A DNA stretch of 64,000 bases, from positions 2,553 through 66,552 of the forward strand of contig CAYJKV010000002.1 of the NCBI GenBank assembly GCA_964371255.1. Direction: 5' to 3'. A model generated the notes under the pieces. That model saw nothing but the letters and a program-made list of their open reading frames with translations, was not told the origin of the DNA and did no database searches. Positions 49,048 to 59,627 of this stretch are shown here, in pieces (position 1 is the first letter of the stretch; every line of letters starts with the position of its first letter). The position numbers and the translations under genes were made by a program. Source of the DNA: an uncultured Candidatus Saccharibacteria bacterium. GTDB taxonomy: Bacteria; Patescibacteriota; Andersenbacteria; UBA10190.

Positions 49048-50124
49048 TTATAAATAACGGCTTAGATCCCGCACTGTGATGAGGACCATTAATATTATTA
49101 GTAGGCCAAATCCTGTCAGGTGACTATAGTATTCAATTTTGGCGGGGACCCGACGGCGGAAAATTGCCTCCAATACCACAAACAAAATCCGCCCACCATC
49201 AAGTGCCGGTATGGGCAAAAGATTAATGATAGCCAGATTCAGACTGATAAAAGCGGCAAATTCCAGTATATAGCTCAAGCCCAAATTAGTCATCTCGTTG
49301 GTATATACGGCAATGCCGATTGGGCCGGCTACAGCCTCACTGACTCCTTGACGGGCAATCAATCGGCCGATTACCGCCGTGAATTCCGAGCCAATGAGCC
49401 AGGTCGCCTGCCCAGCCCTCTTAATCCCTGCCCAGGGAGCATTCCACCAAGCAACTTTTTCCAGGCCGGTCATCTGTAGTACAATCCCTAACGGTCCTTC
49501 CTCCGGTGTGACCTCGGTGCGGGGCACTGCGGCGATATCCAGATGTCGGCCCTGCCTTTCAATCTCCATATTTATCTCGCGTCCGGCATGGCTGCTAATT
49601 TCCTGTTTGACTTGTTCCAGTGTTGGGTCAATCACAGAATTGATTCGGACAATTCTATCCAGCGCCTTGAGTCCGGCCTGCTCGGCTGGTGTGTTGGGAT
49701 CCACATCCACGATAAATGTCCGCCGATCCTTCACTTGCTGGTAATTATCATCTGTTACTAAAGTTGGCACGCCGACTAAAGCTTGCCACGTCAACAGCAC
49801 TATGGCTAAGACGACGTTCATCGCCACTCCTGCCGCTAGGATAGCAATGCGCCAGGGGATACTCTTACTGGCAAAACTGTCCGGTCCGGGATTGGTATCT
49901 TGATTGTCTTCTCCTTCAATTTTTACATAGCCGCCGATCGGCAGCAGATTAATCGTAAACAATGTTCCACCGCGCTTAAATGACCATAGTCTGGGGGGAA
50001 AACCAAAAGCGAATTCTTCCACCCGGCATCCGGCCCATTTAGCCGCCACCAAGTGGCCAAACTCATGGACCAGCACCAAAGCCAAGAGCATCACCACAAA
50101 GACGATAATTGTTATCAATAACAT
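49048..50124 (-). CDS. rseP: RIP metalloprotease RseP (M50) with PDZ
   Basis: HEFGH, PIGGYV, AGVAMN, NLLPIPALDGG. Confidence 0.95.
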   Translation of the reverse strand: MLLITIIVFVVMLLALVLVHEFGHLVAAKWAGCRVEEFAFGFPPRLWSFKRGGTLFTINLLPIGGYVKIEGEDNQDTNPGPDSFASKSIPWRIAILAAGVAMNVVLAIVLLTWQALVGVPTLVTDDNYQQVKDRRTFIVDVDPNTPAEQAGLKALDRIVRINSVIDPTLEQVKQEISSHAGREINMEIERQGRHLDIAAVPRTEVTPEEGPLGIVLQMTGLEKVAWWNAPWAGIKRAGQATWLIGSEFTAVIGRLIARQGVSEAVAGPIGIAVYTNEMTNLGLSYILEFAAFISLNLAIINLLPIPALDGGRILFVVLEAIFRRRVPAKIEYYSHLTGFGLLIILMVLITVRDLSRYL

Positions 50125-50208
50125 AAAATTAACTTAATTATTCTATTCTACCTTAATCCCCAGGTTAAGATATACCATACCATTTACTCGGCCCGTTTCC
50201 CCCGACTA

Positions 50209-50769
50209 TTACAGGGTGGTTATTTCTTTTTCCTTCTTAGCCGCTAATTCTTCTAAACGCTGGTTGGATTGATCAATCATCTCGTCTAATTTTTCCTTAC
50301 CCTCATAAAATTCATCTTCCGTCAGGTCGCCTTTTTCCTTAGCTTCTTTAATCTTCTTTAATTCCTCATCTCGCGCTTGCCGGAGCCGAACCCTTGCCTC
50401 TTCCGTCTTATTATTTAATTGCTTGACCGTCCGTTCCCGTCCTTCTTCTGTCAACGAAGGGAAAACGATCCGAATAATCGCCCCGTCGACTATCGGCATC
50501 ACACCCAGTTGCGCCTCGGTTAGCGCTTTTTCAATCGCCGTGATCGCCCCTTTGTCCCAGGGAGAAATGGCTAATGTCCTGGCATCTGTGTTATTGACCG
50601 AGGCGAGTCCATTCAGCGGAGTGATCGCTCCATAATGCTCCACGTTAATATGCATGACCATCTCGGGCGTGACTCGTCCCGTTCGAATATGTGTAATTTC
50701 TTGTTGAAACCATTCCATTGCTTCCTCTTCCTGTTGGCTAAACGATCCTAAATTATCCTTTAGTGACAT
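50209..50769 (-). CDS. frr: Ribosome recycling factor
   Basis: IRTGR, ISPWDK, PSLTEEGR, KKEKEI. Confidence 0.95.
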   Translation of the reverse strand: MSLKDNLGSFSQQEEEAMEWFQQEITHIRTGRVTPEMVMHINVEHYGAITPLNGLASVNNTDARTLAISPWDKGAITAIEKALTEAQLGVMPIVDGAIIRIVFPSLTEEGRERTVKQLNNKTEEARVRLRQARDEELKKIKEAKEKGDLTEDEFYEGKEKLDEMIDQSNQRLEELAAKKEKEITTL

Positions 50770-50816
50770 ATGTAATTAATTCTTAAGGGTTAATTACTTA
50801 CTGATAATTATACCTT

Positions 50817-51503
50817 CTATTTCTGCTCCCCGCCTAAATGTGCCAGTAAAACCTCTTTCGCTAATTTTTCATTACCGCCTTTCTCCTTTATTCGATAATA
50901 ATCAATTAGTCGTAATAACAATATTTTCAAATCCCGGCTCGGTCCATTTTCTGCTAATTCCTCGTCTACATATTGCGCCACACCCATGATCTCGTCGTGG
51001 CTTACTGAATCCGCGCTATTCAGCTTTGCCGACAGCTCAGATCGTAGCTTGAGGTTTCTGTCAGTCCCAGTCCGGTCGGACATATTTTTAACGCTCATCA
51101 GCGTGCAGCGCGATCTTATAGTGATTAGGAGTCGGCCCGGCCATTTGGTCGTTAAGATGTATCTGGTCGAATCCGGCGCCTCCTCCAAGTTCTTGAGCAG
51201 CATGCTCGCCGCCGCTTGGCCTAATAAATGTGCCTGTTTAATGTAAAATATTCGCTTTTGTTTAATCGGCTTTAGTCTCAAGCGTGATAAAAAAGTTCTT
51301 ACTTGTTTAATCGATATGCTGCGAGTCGTGGTGGATAATCTTTCAATGTCGTTGATCGCCACCCATTGATCTGCCGTGGCCTGCTGAATTACCTCTTCGA
51401 TCATCTGTTCTAGTTCTGACTCATTTTGTCCCACCACCAACAAAGGTGCCTGAGCCTCAGCCGCTTGAAGCCACTGTTTGATTTGCTCGCCTTGTCCGTT
51501 CAT
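50817..51503 (-). CDS. holB: DNA polymerase III delta'-like protein (short)
   Basis: ISIKQVR, ASMLLKNLEEAP, TIRSRC. Confidence 0.75.
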   Translation of the reverse strand: MNGQGEQIKQWLQAAEAQAPLLVVGQNESELEQMIEEVIQQATADQWVAINDIERLSTTTRSISIKQVRTFLSRLRLKPIKQKRIFYIKQAHLLGQAAASMLLKNLEEAPDSTRYILTTKWPGRLLITIRSRCTLMSVKNMSDRTGTDRNLKLRSELSAKLNSADSVSHDEIMGVAQYVDEELAENGPSRDLKILLLRLIDYYRIKEKGGNEKLAKEVLLAHLGGEQK

Positions 51504-51527
51504 TGAGTTTGTTTCCTCATCATCCTG

Positions 51528-52400
51528 CTATTTGCCAAGTTTTGCCAAATAATACAGCACCGGCGGGGCAACAAAAATCGAGGAATAGGTGCCAATGATC
51601 GTGCCGGCGATTAAGGCCACGATAAACCACTGGATGGTCGATCCGCCAATCGCTAATAACACAAACAATACTAATAAAGTTGCCCATCCGGTATTCAATG
51701 ACCTGGTCAAGCTCTTGCTGTTCGCGCGATCCAGTACCGTTAATAAATCATCGCTCCGATTGGCCAGCCACTCTGTTTTAAAACGGTTAAAAATAACAAT
51801 CGTGTCGTTTACCGAATATCCCAAGATTGCCAGTATCGCCGTTACGAACATCGTGTCAATCACTACCCCATACCACTGGCCTAGCAATACGAACAAGGCC
51901 AGCACGAATAACAAATCATGAACAGATGCATACACCGCGGCCAGCCCCAGTTTCCAGGAAGCCACGAAGCCAGACACTTGTCGGAAGGTATAGGCTAGGT
52001 AAACAACTAGCATCACCACCGCCAGGGATAATGCAATTATCGATTTACGCCTTAACTCCGCACCAATCGTCGGCCCAATCGACTCAAAGCGTAGCTCTTC
52101 TTTCAGCAAATTTTCCCGATTTAGCACACTGATGATAGCCGTATGCTGTTCCTCTGTCAGCGGCTCAGCCTTAATAATCAGACGATTTTCCTTACTGGTC
52201 TGGACGGACATGCTAATATTCGTTTCCTTGCTCAGTAAGGCGCGCGTTGTTTCCACCTCAGCATTATTAGTATCAAGTTCCATCAATGAACCGCCCGTAA
52301 AATCAATTCCCCATGTCGGTCTGATGATAATAACTATGGCCGCCGCCACCGCGATGGTAACTAACGGCAGAACAAACCATAATTTTATTCGTCTGATCAT
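51528..52400 (-). CDS. secF: Protein translocase subunit SecF
   Basis: GIDFTGG, IGPTIG, GYSVNDTIVIF. Confidence 0.95.
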   Translation of the reverse strand: MIRRIKLWFVLPLVTIAVAAAIVIIIRPTWGIDFTGGSLMELDTNNAEVETTRALLSKETNISMSVQTSKENRLIIKAEPLTEEQHTAIISVLNRENLLKEELRFESIGPTIGAELRRKSIIALSLAVVMLVVYLAYTFRQVSGFVASWKLGLAAVYASVHDLLFVLALFVLLGQWYGVVIDTMFVTAILAILGYSVNDTIVIFNRFKTEWLANRSDDLLTVLDRANSKSLTRSLNTGWATLLVLFVLLAIGGSTIQWFIVALIAGTIIGTYSSIFVAPPVLYYLAKLGK

Positions 52401-53740
52401 GAAAGTTGCTTAATGTTTTTGACTGCCAAGAATAACGCGCGGTGAGTAAAACGATAGGACACCAGCCAGCTTAAAAATATTTTGGTGACGGTGATCGCTG
52501 TAAACATTGACAGGATTATGCCGATGCCATAAGTGAGGGCAAATCCCCGCACGATTGACGTGCCCATGGCATATAAAATAACGGCGGTAATCAAGCTGGA
52601 TAAATTTGACGCCTTGATCGAGTCCCACGCTTCCTTAAATCCATCATCCAGCGCGTACGGGACAGTTCTTCCTGCTCTCAGGTTTTCCTTAAATCGTTCA
52701 AAAATTAACACGTTCGCGTCAACCGCCATGCCGACCGTTATGATAAATCCCGCCACTCCAGCCAGCGTCATTGTGATCGGTATTAACTTAATCAATGCCA
52801 GGAAAAGTGCCGCATACAATAAGAGAGCGAGAGTGGCCACCAGGCCGGGTAAGCGATAATAACCGATCATCCAGACCGCTATTAAGATCAGGCCAATTAC
52901 GCCGGCTTTTATACTGCGCTCGGCCGATTCCTGGCCTAATGATGGTCCGATCGTTTGTTGCCCGATCAGTTCGATCGGTACTGGTAAAGCGCCGGCATTT
53001 AAACGTCTCGATAATTCCTTGGCTTCGTTCAGGGTGAATCCTCCGGAAATCACAGCTTGCCCGTTGGTTATCTCTGCTTGCACCACCGGGGCGCTAATGG
53101 GCACTTGGTCCAAATAAATCGCGATCCTTTTATTCAAATTATCCTTCGTCAACTTGGCAAACATTTCCGTGCCTGCCGCGTCGAATTCCAAGTTTACTTG
53201 TGGTTGTCCCACCACGGAATCAAACGATACTGACGAGCGCTTTAAATTTTTTCCGGTCAGCTCCGTTCTTTCAAAGACCGGACCCGTTAAGGCGCTGGGG
53301 TCGTCCACGTTAAATTGTTCTAAGGCCTCATCTGTGCCTACCTCGCGTCTAAAGTCTAATTGCGGTGTCGCCCCGATCATTTGAATAGCTGTGTTGGGAT
53401 CATGAACACCGGCGAGCTCGACTGTCACACGGTATTCATCCCCCACTTGATTCGTCCTAATCTCCGGTTCCGCTATGCCAAAAGCGTTAACCCGCCGTTC
53501 AATCACATCCCTGACCCCGGCAATTGCGTCCGTCGCGTCCGTGTCTGATATCCCCTCTAAGTCAGCCCGGTAAATCAGATAAGCCCCACCTTGCAAATCA
53601 AGGCCGAGTTTCACCGTCAAGTCACGTTCCATCTGGCCAACCTTTAAACTCGGATGCCAAGGGCTATCAATCCAGCCGGCCATTGCCAGCAATAACAAGA
53701 TCGCACCCATCGCTAACCATCTTTTGTTCTTTGGCATCAT
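52397..53740 (-). CDS. secD: Protein translocase subunit SecD
   Basis: LGLDLQGG, RRVNAFG, GALPVP, GMAVDANVLIFER. Confidence 0.96.
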   Translation of the reverse strand: MMPKNKRWLAMGAILLLLAMAGWIDSPWHPSLKVGQMERDLTVKLGLDLQGGAYLIYRADLEGISDTDATDAIAGVRDVIERRVNAFGIAEPEIRTNQVGDEYRVTVELAGVHDPNTAIQMIGATPQLDFRREVGTDEALEQFNVDDPSALTGPVFERTELTGKNLKRSSVSFDSVVGQPQVNLEFDAAGTEMFAKLTKDNLNKRIAIYLDQVPISAPVVQAEITNGQAVISGGFTLNEAKELSRRLNAGALPVPIELIGQQTIGPSLGQESAERSIKAGVIGLILIAVWMIGYYRLPGLVATLALLLYAALFLALIKLIPITMTLAGVAGFIITVGMAVDANVLIFERFKENLRAGRTVPYALDDGFKEAWDSIKASNLSSLITAVILYAMGTSIVRGFALTYGIGIILSMFTAITVTKIFLSWLVSYRFTHRALFLAVKNIKQLS

Positions 53741-53826
53741 AGTCCTTATATATGTTTATAGCTGCCTAGAACCTTTTTGGGAAGCCTATACACTGACAAA
53801 ACAGTGCTTGGTTTCCTAAAAAGATT

Positions 53827-54039
53827 TTATTTATTGTTAATATGTTCAAACCTTCTTATTTTCTTGCCGTTGATTTCAATTCTTTCGTTAAACATTATCA
53901 ACGGTCGCACCCATAAATCCTTATTTCTATAAAGCGCTCGATACACAACTAGTTCATTGAGTGTTTCACTATGTTTAGCAATACCTATCACCTCATATTC
54001 CTTCCCCTTGTAGTGCCTATATTTTCCTAATTTAAGCAT
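53827..54039 (-). CDS. DUF1653 family protein
   Basis: GKYRHYKGKEYEVIGIAKHSET...VVYRALY...WVRP..MF. Confidence 0.88.
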   Translation of the reverse strand: MLKLGKYRHYKGKEYEVIGIAKHSETLNELVVYRALYRNKDLWVRPLIMFNERIEINGKKIRRFEHINNK

Positions 54040-54040
54040 A

Positions 54041-56680
54041 TTACTTACCATGGCACTTTTTATACTTCTTGCCGCTGCCGCACGGACAGGAATCATTCCG
54101 CCCTACCTTGACCGGCTTGTTTGTCGTCATTGATCCGTTTGTTATATCTCCGTTGCCTGTGCTGATGGGACCGGTCTCTGCCACGAGTCCATTGCTGGCC
54201 AATTTATGTAAATTGCTGCCTTCCTGAGCACCGGTTTCTCTGATTTCTGTGGGCACGCTTGTCCGTTCAGTCGCTGCGTATGTGGGCTGAGCCCTGAAAA
54301 CCACTTCCACTACCGACGCTCGGATCGTACCGAGCAATCCTTGGAACATGTGATAGCCTTCTTTTTGATATTCCACTAATGGATCTCTCTGCCCGTAACC
54401 GCGCAGCCCAATCCCTGTTCGCAGATAATCCATCGCGTCCAGATGATCCATCCAATGCACATCTATCGCGCGCAGTGTCGCCGCTCGTTCTAATTGTCCG
54501 ATTACGTCCTCGCCGAACTGCTTTGTTCGCGCTTGCCAATAATCCAAACCTGTCTGCCGCACCGCCCCTCTTAGTTTTTCTCGGATGCTTTCCGGTCGCT
54601 GCCCGCTTTCCTTTTGTACCAAGTCCTGATAAGCCGCTTGCAAATCATTGGGCTGCCGCCCGGTCAATGCTGCCATCGACTCGCCGATTTCATTCGTATT
54701 CCAGTTTTTACTCTCATTATCTGCGGTGTGGACCACCAGCAATTTGTCTACCTGTTCTTCAATTAAGGTCTTCATGTGCTCATGGATTTTCACTTCCTTA
54801 TCTTTTCCTTCTCGCCACACACCCTGGCTGATTACGCCTTTTCTTAAATTATAAATGGCGCTCCTTTGTTTATTCAGGACGTCATCGTAAGACAATACTT
54901 GTTTTCTCATGTCAAAGTAGTAGCCTTCGACTCGCTCTTGGGCGCTATCGATTGCTCTCGTCACTATTTTATTTTCAATCGGTTCATCTTCCGGAAACCG
55001 CAGCTTCGTCATCAATCCCTTAATTTTGCTGCCGCCGAATATTCTCATGACATCGTCTTCCATACTCACATAAAACTGCGTTTCACCGCGGTCGCCTTGC
55101 CGGCCCGATCGTCCGCGCAATTGGTTGTCGATCCGTCGCGCCTCATGTCTCTCGGTACCCAGAACGAATAACCCGCCCAACTGCTCAACCCCCTCCCCCA
55201 ATTTTATATCTGTCCCCCGGCCGGCCATGTTAGTAGATATAGTCACCGCGGCGCGCTGTCCGGCGTTCGCGATAATCTCCGCTTCCCGGGCATGCTGCTT
55301 GGCGTTCAGCACCTCATGCTTGATCCCTTCTCGGGCTAGCAGCTGCGATAAATATTCCGATTTTTCAATGGCGATGGTTCCAACTAGTACGGGTTGACCC
55401 GCTTTATTCTTTTGTTTGATGGTCTGAACAACCGCTGCAAATTTTGCTTTTTCGTTTATATAAATTCGGTCCGACTTGTCATGTCTGATTAGCGTTTTAT
55501 TAGTCGGCACGGACACCACATCCAGGTTGTATACTTTCTCGAATTCTTCCGCTGATGTCACCGCTGTGCCGGTCATTCCGGATAAGCGCGTATACAATCG
55601 AAACAAATTCTGGAAGGTAATAGTCGCCAGTGTACGGCTCTCCTGCTGCACTTTGACTTGCTCTTTTGCTTCAATGGCTTGGTGCAATCCTTCTGCATAG
55701 CGTCGCCCTTCCATTAGACGGCCGGTAAACTCATCGACAATCACCACCTGTCCGTCTTTAACTACATAATCCTTATCCCTTTGGTACAAAGTGTGCGCCC
55801 GCAGCGCCTGCTCCAAATGATGAACAAATCGGATGCCCTTTTCTTCGTAAATGTTATCTACTCCCAGCGCCTTTTCTACTTTGCTCGTCCCTTCATCCGT
55901 TAACGTCGCGGCCCGTCTCTTTTCATCAATATTATAATCAACTTCCGCTGTTAGCGTCGGCACCAGCCGCGCGAACTGCCCGTAGAGCATGGTGGAATCT
56001 GTATCGGGCGCTGAAATTATTAAAGGGGTCCTGGCTTCATCAATTAGAATGCTGTCCACCTCGTCAACAATCGCGAAATTAAGCGGTTGTTGTACCATTT
56101 CCGTCTCGCTCTGCGCCATATTATCACGCAGATAATCAAAGCCAAACTCATTGTTTGTCCCGTAAGTGATATTGGCGTGATAGGCTGCCCGTTTTTCCGC
56201 TGCGCTTTGGCCGTGCCGCAGGATCCCTACAGTTAACCCGAAAAACTCATAGATCGGGCGCATCCACTCTGCGTCCCGTGCTGCTAAATACTCATTCACG
56301 GTCACAAGATGAGCTCCCTTTTCCGTCAATCCATATAATACCAGCGGTAGGGTTGCCACCAGTGTCTTGCCTTCCCCCGTCTTCATTTCCGCGATTTTTC
56401 CTTCCAGTAGAGCCAGCCCGCCCATTATCTGCACGTCAAAATGCCGCATTTTTAATGTCCGCTCCGCTGCCTCCCTCACTGCCGCGAATATCTCAATTTT
56501 ATGGTCCAAGCATTCTTCTGTCTGATGGCCATAAAACTGTCTCACTCGCTGTTTCAGATCCTTGTCTGATAACTGCTGCATGTCCTTGCTGAGCGCATTA
56601 ATTCTCTCCACCGCTCCGCTATATGCCAGCGCGGCCTTTTCGTATCGTTTATTCTTATCCAGCCATTTAAACCATTTCAT
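54041..56680 (-). CDS. secA: Protein translocase subunit SecA
   Basis: MKTGEGKT, DEVDSILIDEARTPLIIS, RGRSGRQGD, C-terminal CPCGSGKKYKKCH. Confidence 0.98.
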   Translation of the reverse strand: MKWFKWLDKNKRYEKAALAYSGAVERINALSKDMQQLSDKDLKQRVRQFYGHQTEECLDHKIEIFAAVREAAERTLKMRHFDVQIMGGLALLEGKIAEMKTGEGKTLVATLPLVLYGLTEKGAHLVTVNEYLAARDAEWMRPIYEFFGLTVGILRHGQSAAEKRAAYHANITYGTNNEFGFDYLRDNMAQSETEMVQQPLNFAIVDEVDSILIDEARTPLIISAPDTDSTMLYGQFARLVPTLTAEVDYNIDEKRRAATLTDEGTSKVEKALGVDNIYEEKGIRFVHHLEQALRAHTLYQRDKDYVVKDGQVVIVDEFTGRLMEGRRYAEGLHQAIEAKEQVKVQQESRTLATITFQNLFRLYTRLSGMTGTAVTSAEEFEKVYNLDVVSVPTNKTLIRHDKSDRIYINEKAKFAAVVQTIKQKNKAGQPVLVGTIAIEKSEYLSQLLAREGIKHEVLNAKQHAREAEIIANAGQRAAVTISTNMAGRGTDIKLGEGVEQLGGLFVLGTERHEARRIDNQLRGRSGRQGDRGETQFYVSMEDDVMRIFGGSKIKGLMTKLRFPEDEPIENKIVTRAIDSAQERVEGYYFDMRKQVLSYDDVLNKQRSAIYNLRKGVISQGVWREGKDKEVKIHEHMKTLIEEQVDKLLVVHTADNESKNWNTNEIGESMAALTGRQPNDLQAAYQDLVQKESGQRPESIREKLRGAVRQTGLDYWQARTKQFGEDVIGQLERAATLRAIDVHWMDHLDAMDYLRTGIGLRGYGQRDPLVEYQKEGYHMFQGLLGTIRASVVEVVFRAQPTYAATERTSVPTEIRETGAQEGSNLHKLASNGLVAETGPISTGNGDITNGSMTTNKPVKVGRNDSCPCGSGKKYKKCHGK

Positions 56681-56793
56681 TGGCCTAACATACTAAGAGT
56701 GCGTCATTTAGTCCAGCGGGTTTAATCATCTTAAAGCAGGCGGGTCTGACACGAACAAACACTCATCACACCCACTGCTATTCTAATCTTGTG

Positions 56794-57117
56794 CTATTTT
56801 TTATCCCTCTTGGTTCGACCTTGTTTTCTTTTGTCTTGGTATTTTAGCAGTTCCTTCTTGATTGCTCCCACTGCTAAATCAATTACATTTTGCACCGTGT
56901 CCGCCGATCGATCCGCGTGAAAAACCATCCCGCCCTGCTTAATGTTCAAACGGCAGCTCACGACTTTCCCCTGGCGATGGTGCTGGTCATGACTTAGTCT
57001 GACATCTACCACAAAGGGGGGACGTAACGTCTTTTCCAACCGTTCCAGCTTCTCCTCTATCAATCCTAAATCATTCGCGCTGAGCGTGATATGCTCCGTC
57101 GATAAATTAAATTTCAT
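56794..57117 (-). CDS. hpf: Ribosome hibernation factor HPF/RaiA (short)
   Basis: EEKLERLEK, HHRQG, IDLAVGAIKKEL; upstream of secA. Confidence 0.8.
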   Translation of the reverse strand: MKFNLSTEHITLSANDLGLIEEKLERLEKTLRPPFVVDVRLSHDQHHRQGKVVSCRLNIKQGGMVFHADRSADTVQNVIDLAVGAIKKELLKYQDKRKQGRTKRDKK

Positions 57118-57255
57118 TGATTATTCATTAATAATTAAAAAATGGCTATCTATTAATCCGAAGCCACATTGATGTTCTCTTCAGCAAATATTTTCACTTA
57201 TTATTTTAACTTTACGAACATACCCATCATATCCTACCTCGTCAAGAAGATACAA

Positions 57256-58404
57256 TCACTCGTCTGCGCCTCGTTCGGGTATCATCGTGCAAATTTTATT
57301 CAACAGTTTCGCTTGCCAATGGCGCCGGCTAAAATTAAGGACCGACTGTTGCAACCGCTCCCTGCTATACCCCTTTTCCCTCTGGTTAAACTGCCTCACC
57401 GCTTCGGCTAAACCTTCTTCGCTTTGATCGTCATAAAGAATACCAGTCTCGCCGTGTTTGACGATTTCGGCAGCTCCACCCTTATTCAGCGCGATCACCG
57501 GTGTCCCACAAGCTAAACATTCGGCGGTGGCCATACCAAAATCTTCTACTCCGGGCTGCACTAACGCCCGAGCTTGCCGATAATACTTGCGGAGGCTGAT
57601 TCGATCTATTTGGCTGACGAAGATCGTGTTATTCCCCGCCATTTGTCGCCATTTATGCCGTTCCGGCCCTCGTCCGACTACTACCAGCGGATAATCCAGT
57701 TTGCCCATCACTCTGACCACCTGATCAAAATGTTTGCTGGCGTTTAAGCGTCCGACACAGAGAAAATATCGATCATTCCTTTTAAGTTGATACTTATTCT
57801 CCTCAGTCGATGGTGTAAAAAAAGCAGTATCAACCGGCGGATAAACAACTTCGCTTTGTCGTCCGTAATATGTGGCGATCCGCTGTTGTGTGTATTTCGA
57901 ATTTGCTAAAAAACAATCAACTCGTTGGGCAGCTGCAAAATCGACAATGCGCAAGTAATGAAAAGCCAAACGAGCCAACCATCTTGTTCCCGGCCACGCT
58001 CGGTTCAGGGCTTCGTGCGTGCTGTCCCATAAATATCTGGTCGGTGCGTGGCAGTAACAAAGATGCGGGACATCCACCCGCGTGATGACACCTTTACATA
58101 GGCCGCTGGCACTGCTGATTACTAAATCAAAATCAGCCAGATCAAACTGTTCAACCGCCTGGGGTAGTAACGGCAGTAAACGGCTGGGATGTTTTCTAAA
58201 CCAAACCGGCAACCTCTGTAAAAAAGAGCAGCTGATCGTTTTAGTGTTTCCGTCCACTGATATTAATGGCTTGCCAGCGTAAAGCGCGAATATGCTAGCT
58301 TGGGGTACCAATCTGATTAATTCTTCCACCACAATTTCTGCCCCACCCCGTCTGGTGAACTCGTCATGGACAACAGCAATACGTCTATCGCTAAAATTGA
58401 TCAT
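57256..58404 (-). CDS. Glycosyltransferase family 4
   Basis: VHDEFTRRGGAE, YCHAPTRYLW, EDFGMATAECLACGTPVI. Confidence 0.92.
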   Translation of the reverse strand: MINFSDRRIAVVHDEFTRRGGAEIVVEELIRLVPQASIFALYAGKPLISVDGNTKTISCSFLQRLPVWFRKHPSRLLPLLPQAVEQFDLADFDLVISSASGLCKGVITRVDVPHLCYCHAPTRYLWDSTHEALNRAWPGTRWLARLAFHYLRIVDFAAAQRVDCFLANSKYTQQRIATYYGRQSEVVYPPVDTAFFTPSTEENKYQLKRNDRYFLCVGRLNASKHFDQVVRVMGKLDYPLVVVGRGPERHKWRQMAGNNTIFVSQIDRISLRKYYRQARALVQPGVEDFGMATAECLACGTPVIALNKGGAAEIVKHGETGILYDDQSEEGLAEAVRQFNQREKGYSRERLQQSVLNFSRRHWQAKLLNKICTMIPERGADE

Positions 58405-58458
58405 CAGATCAGAATAGATAATCAATATTTATCCTGCAAGCAAACCTGTCTCGGCCTC

Positions 58459-59469
58459 TTATTTTGTTAACAAAACACTTCGCTTGTAAGCATCAATATT
58501 CTCCAAGGCTGCTCCGGCTCCCTTGACGGCGCACACTAAAGGATCGTCGGCAATGTAGCAAGGTACGGCGCAGGCCCGGGAGATTAATTGGTCAATATTA
58601 CGCATCAGTGCTCCGCCGCCGCTTACCACTATCCCTTTATCGATCACGTCCGCCGCCAACTCCGGCGGGGTTTCTTGCAGAACGTATTTAATCGCCTGCA
58701 GCACTTCCGACAATGGTTCCCTTAAGGCCTCCGTTACCTCACTTGATGAAATGGTGGTTTCTTTTGGTAACCCGGTCACGAGGTCTCGGCCCCTAATCAT
58801 CATTTGCCTGGTTTCCTCATCCGTGATAGCTGAAGCCAATTCCTTTTTAATTATTTCCGCCGTTTGCGCTCCGACTATCACGCCATATCTTTTTCTGATG
58901 TGTTCGGTGATAGCCTCATCAAAACGATTACCACCGACGCGAGCCGAGTGCGCGATCACAATACCGCCCAACGAAATAATCGCCACTTCCGTAGTCCCTC
59001 CGCCAATATCCACGATCATATGCCCCGAACTTTCCCCGATCGGAATACCGGCCCCGATTGCCGCCGCAATTGGTTCCTTAATTAAATACGCCGCCCGGGC
59101 GCCGGCTGAAATAGCTGCGTCTACTACCGCGCGGCGCTCCGTGCTTGTAATGCCAGCCGGTACGGACACTAAAACCTCCGGACGCAAAAACCTGACTGAT
59201 ACTCCCGTCTTTTGGATCAGGTAACGCAGCATCGCTTCCGTCACCCGATAATCCGCGATTACGCCATCTTTTAAGGGTTGATGGGCAACGATACTTTCCG
59301 GTGTCCGGCCGATCATTTCCTTAGCTTCCTCGCCAATCGCTAACACGGCGTTTTCGTCTACGGACACCGCTACTACTGATGGCTCGTTCAATACGATCCC
59401 CCTGCCTGGCACGTACATTAAGGTGCTGGTTGTGCCTAAATCAATTGCGATCTTACGTGTAATGTTCAT
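58459..59469 (-). CDS. mreB: Second MreB/Mbl-family actin homolog
   Basis: IAIDLGT, EPSVVA, DIGGGTTE, SGGGAL. Confidence 0.93.
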   Translation of the reverse strand: MNITRKIAIDLGTTSTLMYVPGRGIVLNEPSVVAVSVDENAVLAIGEEAKEMIGRTPESIVAHQPLKDGVIADYRVTEAMLRYLIQKTGVSVRFLRPEVLVSVPAGITSTERRAVVDAAISAGARAAYLIKEPIAAAIGAGIPIGESSGHMIVDIGGGTTEVAIISLGGIVIAHSARVGGNRFDEAITEHIRKRYGVIVGAQTAEIIKKELASAITDEETRQMMIRGRDLVTGLPKETTISSSEVTEALREPLSEVLQAIKYVLQETPPELAADVIDKGIVVSGGGALMRNIDQLISRACAVPCYIADDPLVCAVKGAGAALENIDAYKRSVLLTK

Positions 59470-59627
59470 GCTTTCTATTTTATACTTCTAAACCTTTTAG
59501 TATATATTTTCCTGCCCTCGTTGGCCATTTACAAAAAATTCTTAGTTTGGCATTAAATTATTCCCTCTCCCAGTTTCATCCCCTGTCTGAATTGATGGCA
59601 GAGCTAAGCCGTATGCTGCCCCCCCCC

